IMG/VR virus record: IMGVR_UViG_3300031605_000017
Coordinates: 1 to 31,362 of that record
DNA from: a virus
Lineage: Duplodnaviria; Caudoviricetes
Strand: one strand, 5' to 3'
DNA: 31,362 bases
The number at the start of each line of letters is the position of its first letter. Position 1 is the stretch's first letter. The notes below the pieces were generated by a model. It was not told the DNA's origin and made no database searches. It saw only the letters and a program-made list of their open reading frames with translations. This document shows positions 31,189 to 31,362 of the stretch, in pieces. Position numbers and translations under genes: made by a program.

Positions 31189-31362
31189 TTACTTTTCCTT
31201 GTTGGCATGTAGGGCCGAGAAGATGAAGTAGATAAGCATCCCGCAGAAGAAAAGTCTAGATGCGTCGAAGTATCCGATTCCGGGGGAGAGTTCATTAAAG
31301 TTCGGATAAGCGTTGATGACGATGTGGTTAGCCCACAAAAGTATTAGTCCACCAAAGCAACT
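31189..31362 (-). CDS. Membrane protein, 3' part; starts outside the window
   Basis: Open frame ...SCFGGLILLWANHIVINAYPNFNELSPGIGYFDASRLFFCGMLIYFIFSALHANKEK* with two hydrophobic segments. Confidence 0.65.
   Translation of the reverse strand, partial: SCFGGLILLWANHIVINAYPNFNELSPGIGYFDASRLFFCGMLIYFIFSALHANKEK

Overview
This window is part of a large tailed dsDNA phage (Caudoviricetes). The host is probably actinobacterial, judging from an actinobacterial-type LexA box, several leaderless -10/ATG arrangements and a class II RNR. Left end, minus strand: a recombination operon (PD-(D/E)XK exonuclease, two small genes, a Rad52/Sak-like annealase, a hypothetical gene) with a sigma70-type promoter and SOS box. 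Next come a promoter-driven ~280-nt non-coding interval with extensive pairing potential and a terminase large subunit that diverges from the head genes. Centre, plus strand: an expanded HK97-type head module with a portal-MuF fusion, prohead protease, a PepSY-containing acidic protein, two giant proteins (2924 and 2064 aa), small accessory genes and the major capsid protein. Right end, minus strand: nrdJ and small genes. The main candidate system is the pair of giant proteins. They share a ~65-aa module (ARDADGDGLVQEGTIWERP...VDYKPG) placed just after putative Lys-specific prohead-protease sites. One then has an Arg-rich repeat tract and ends in GNAT-like and HipA/PI3K-like kinase domains; the other has an acidic repeat tract and ends in an HExxH metallopeptidase-like domain. 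Each is followed by small candidate immunity genes. I infer a capsid-loaded, protease-matured, injected effector system. All calls come from motif recognition; no searches were run.
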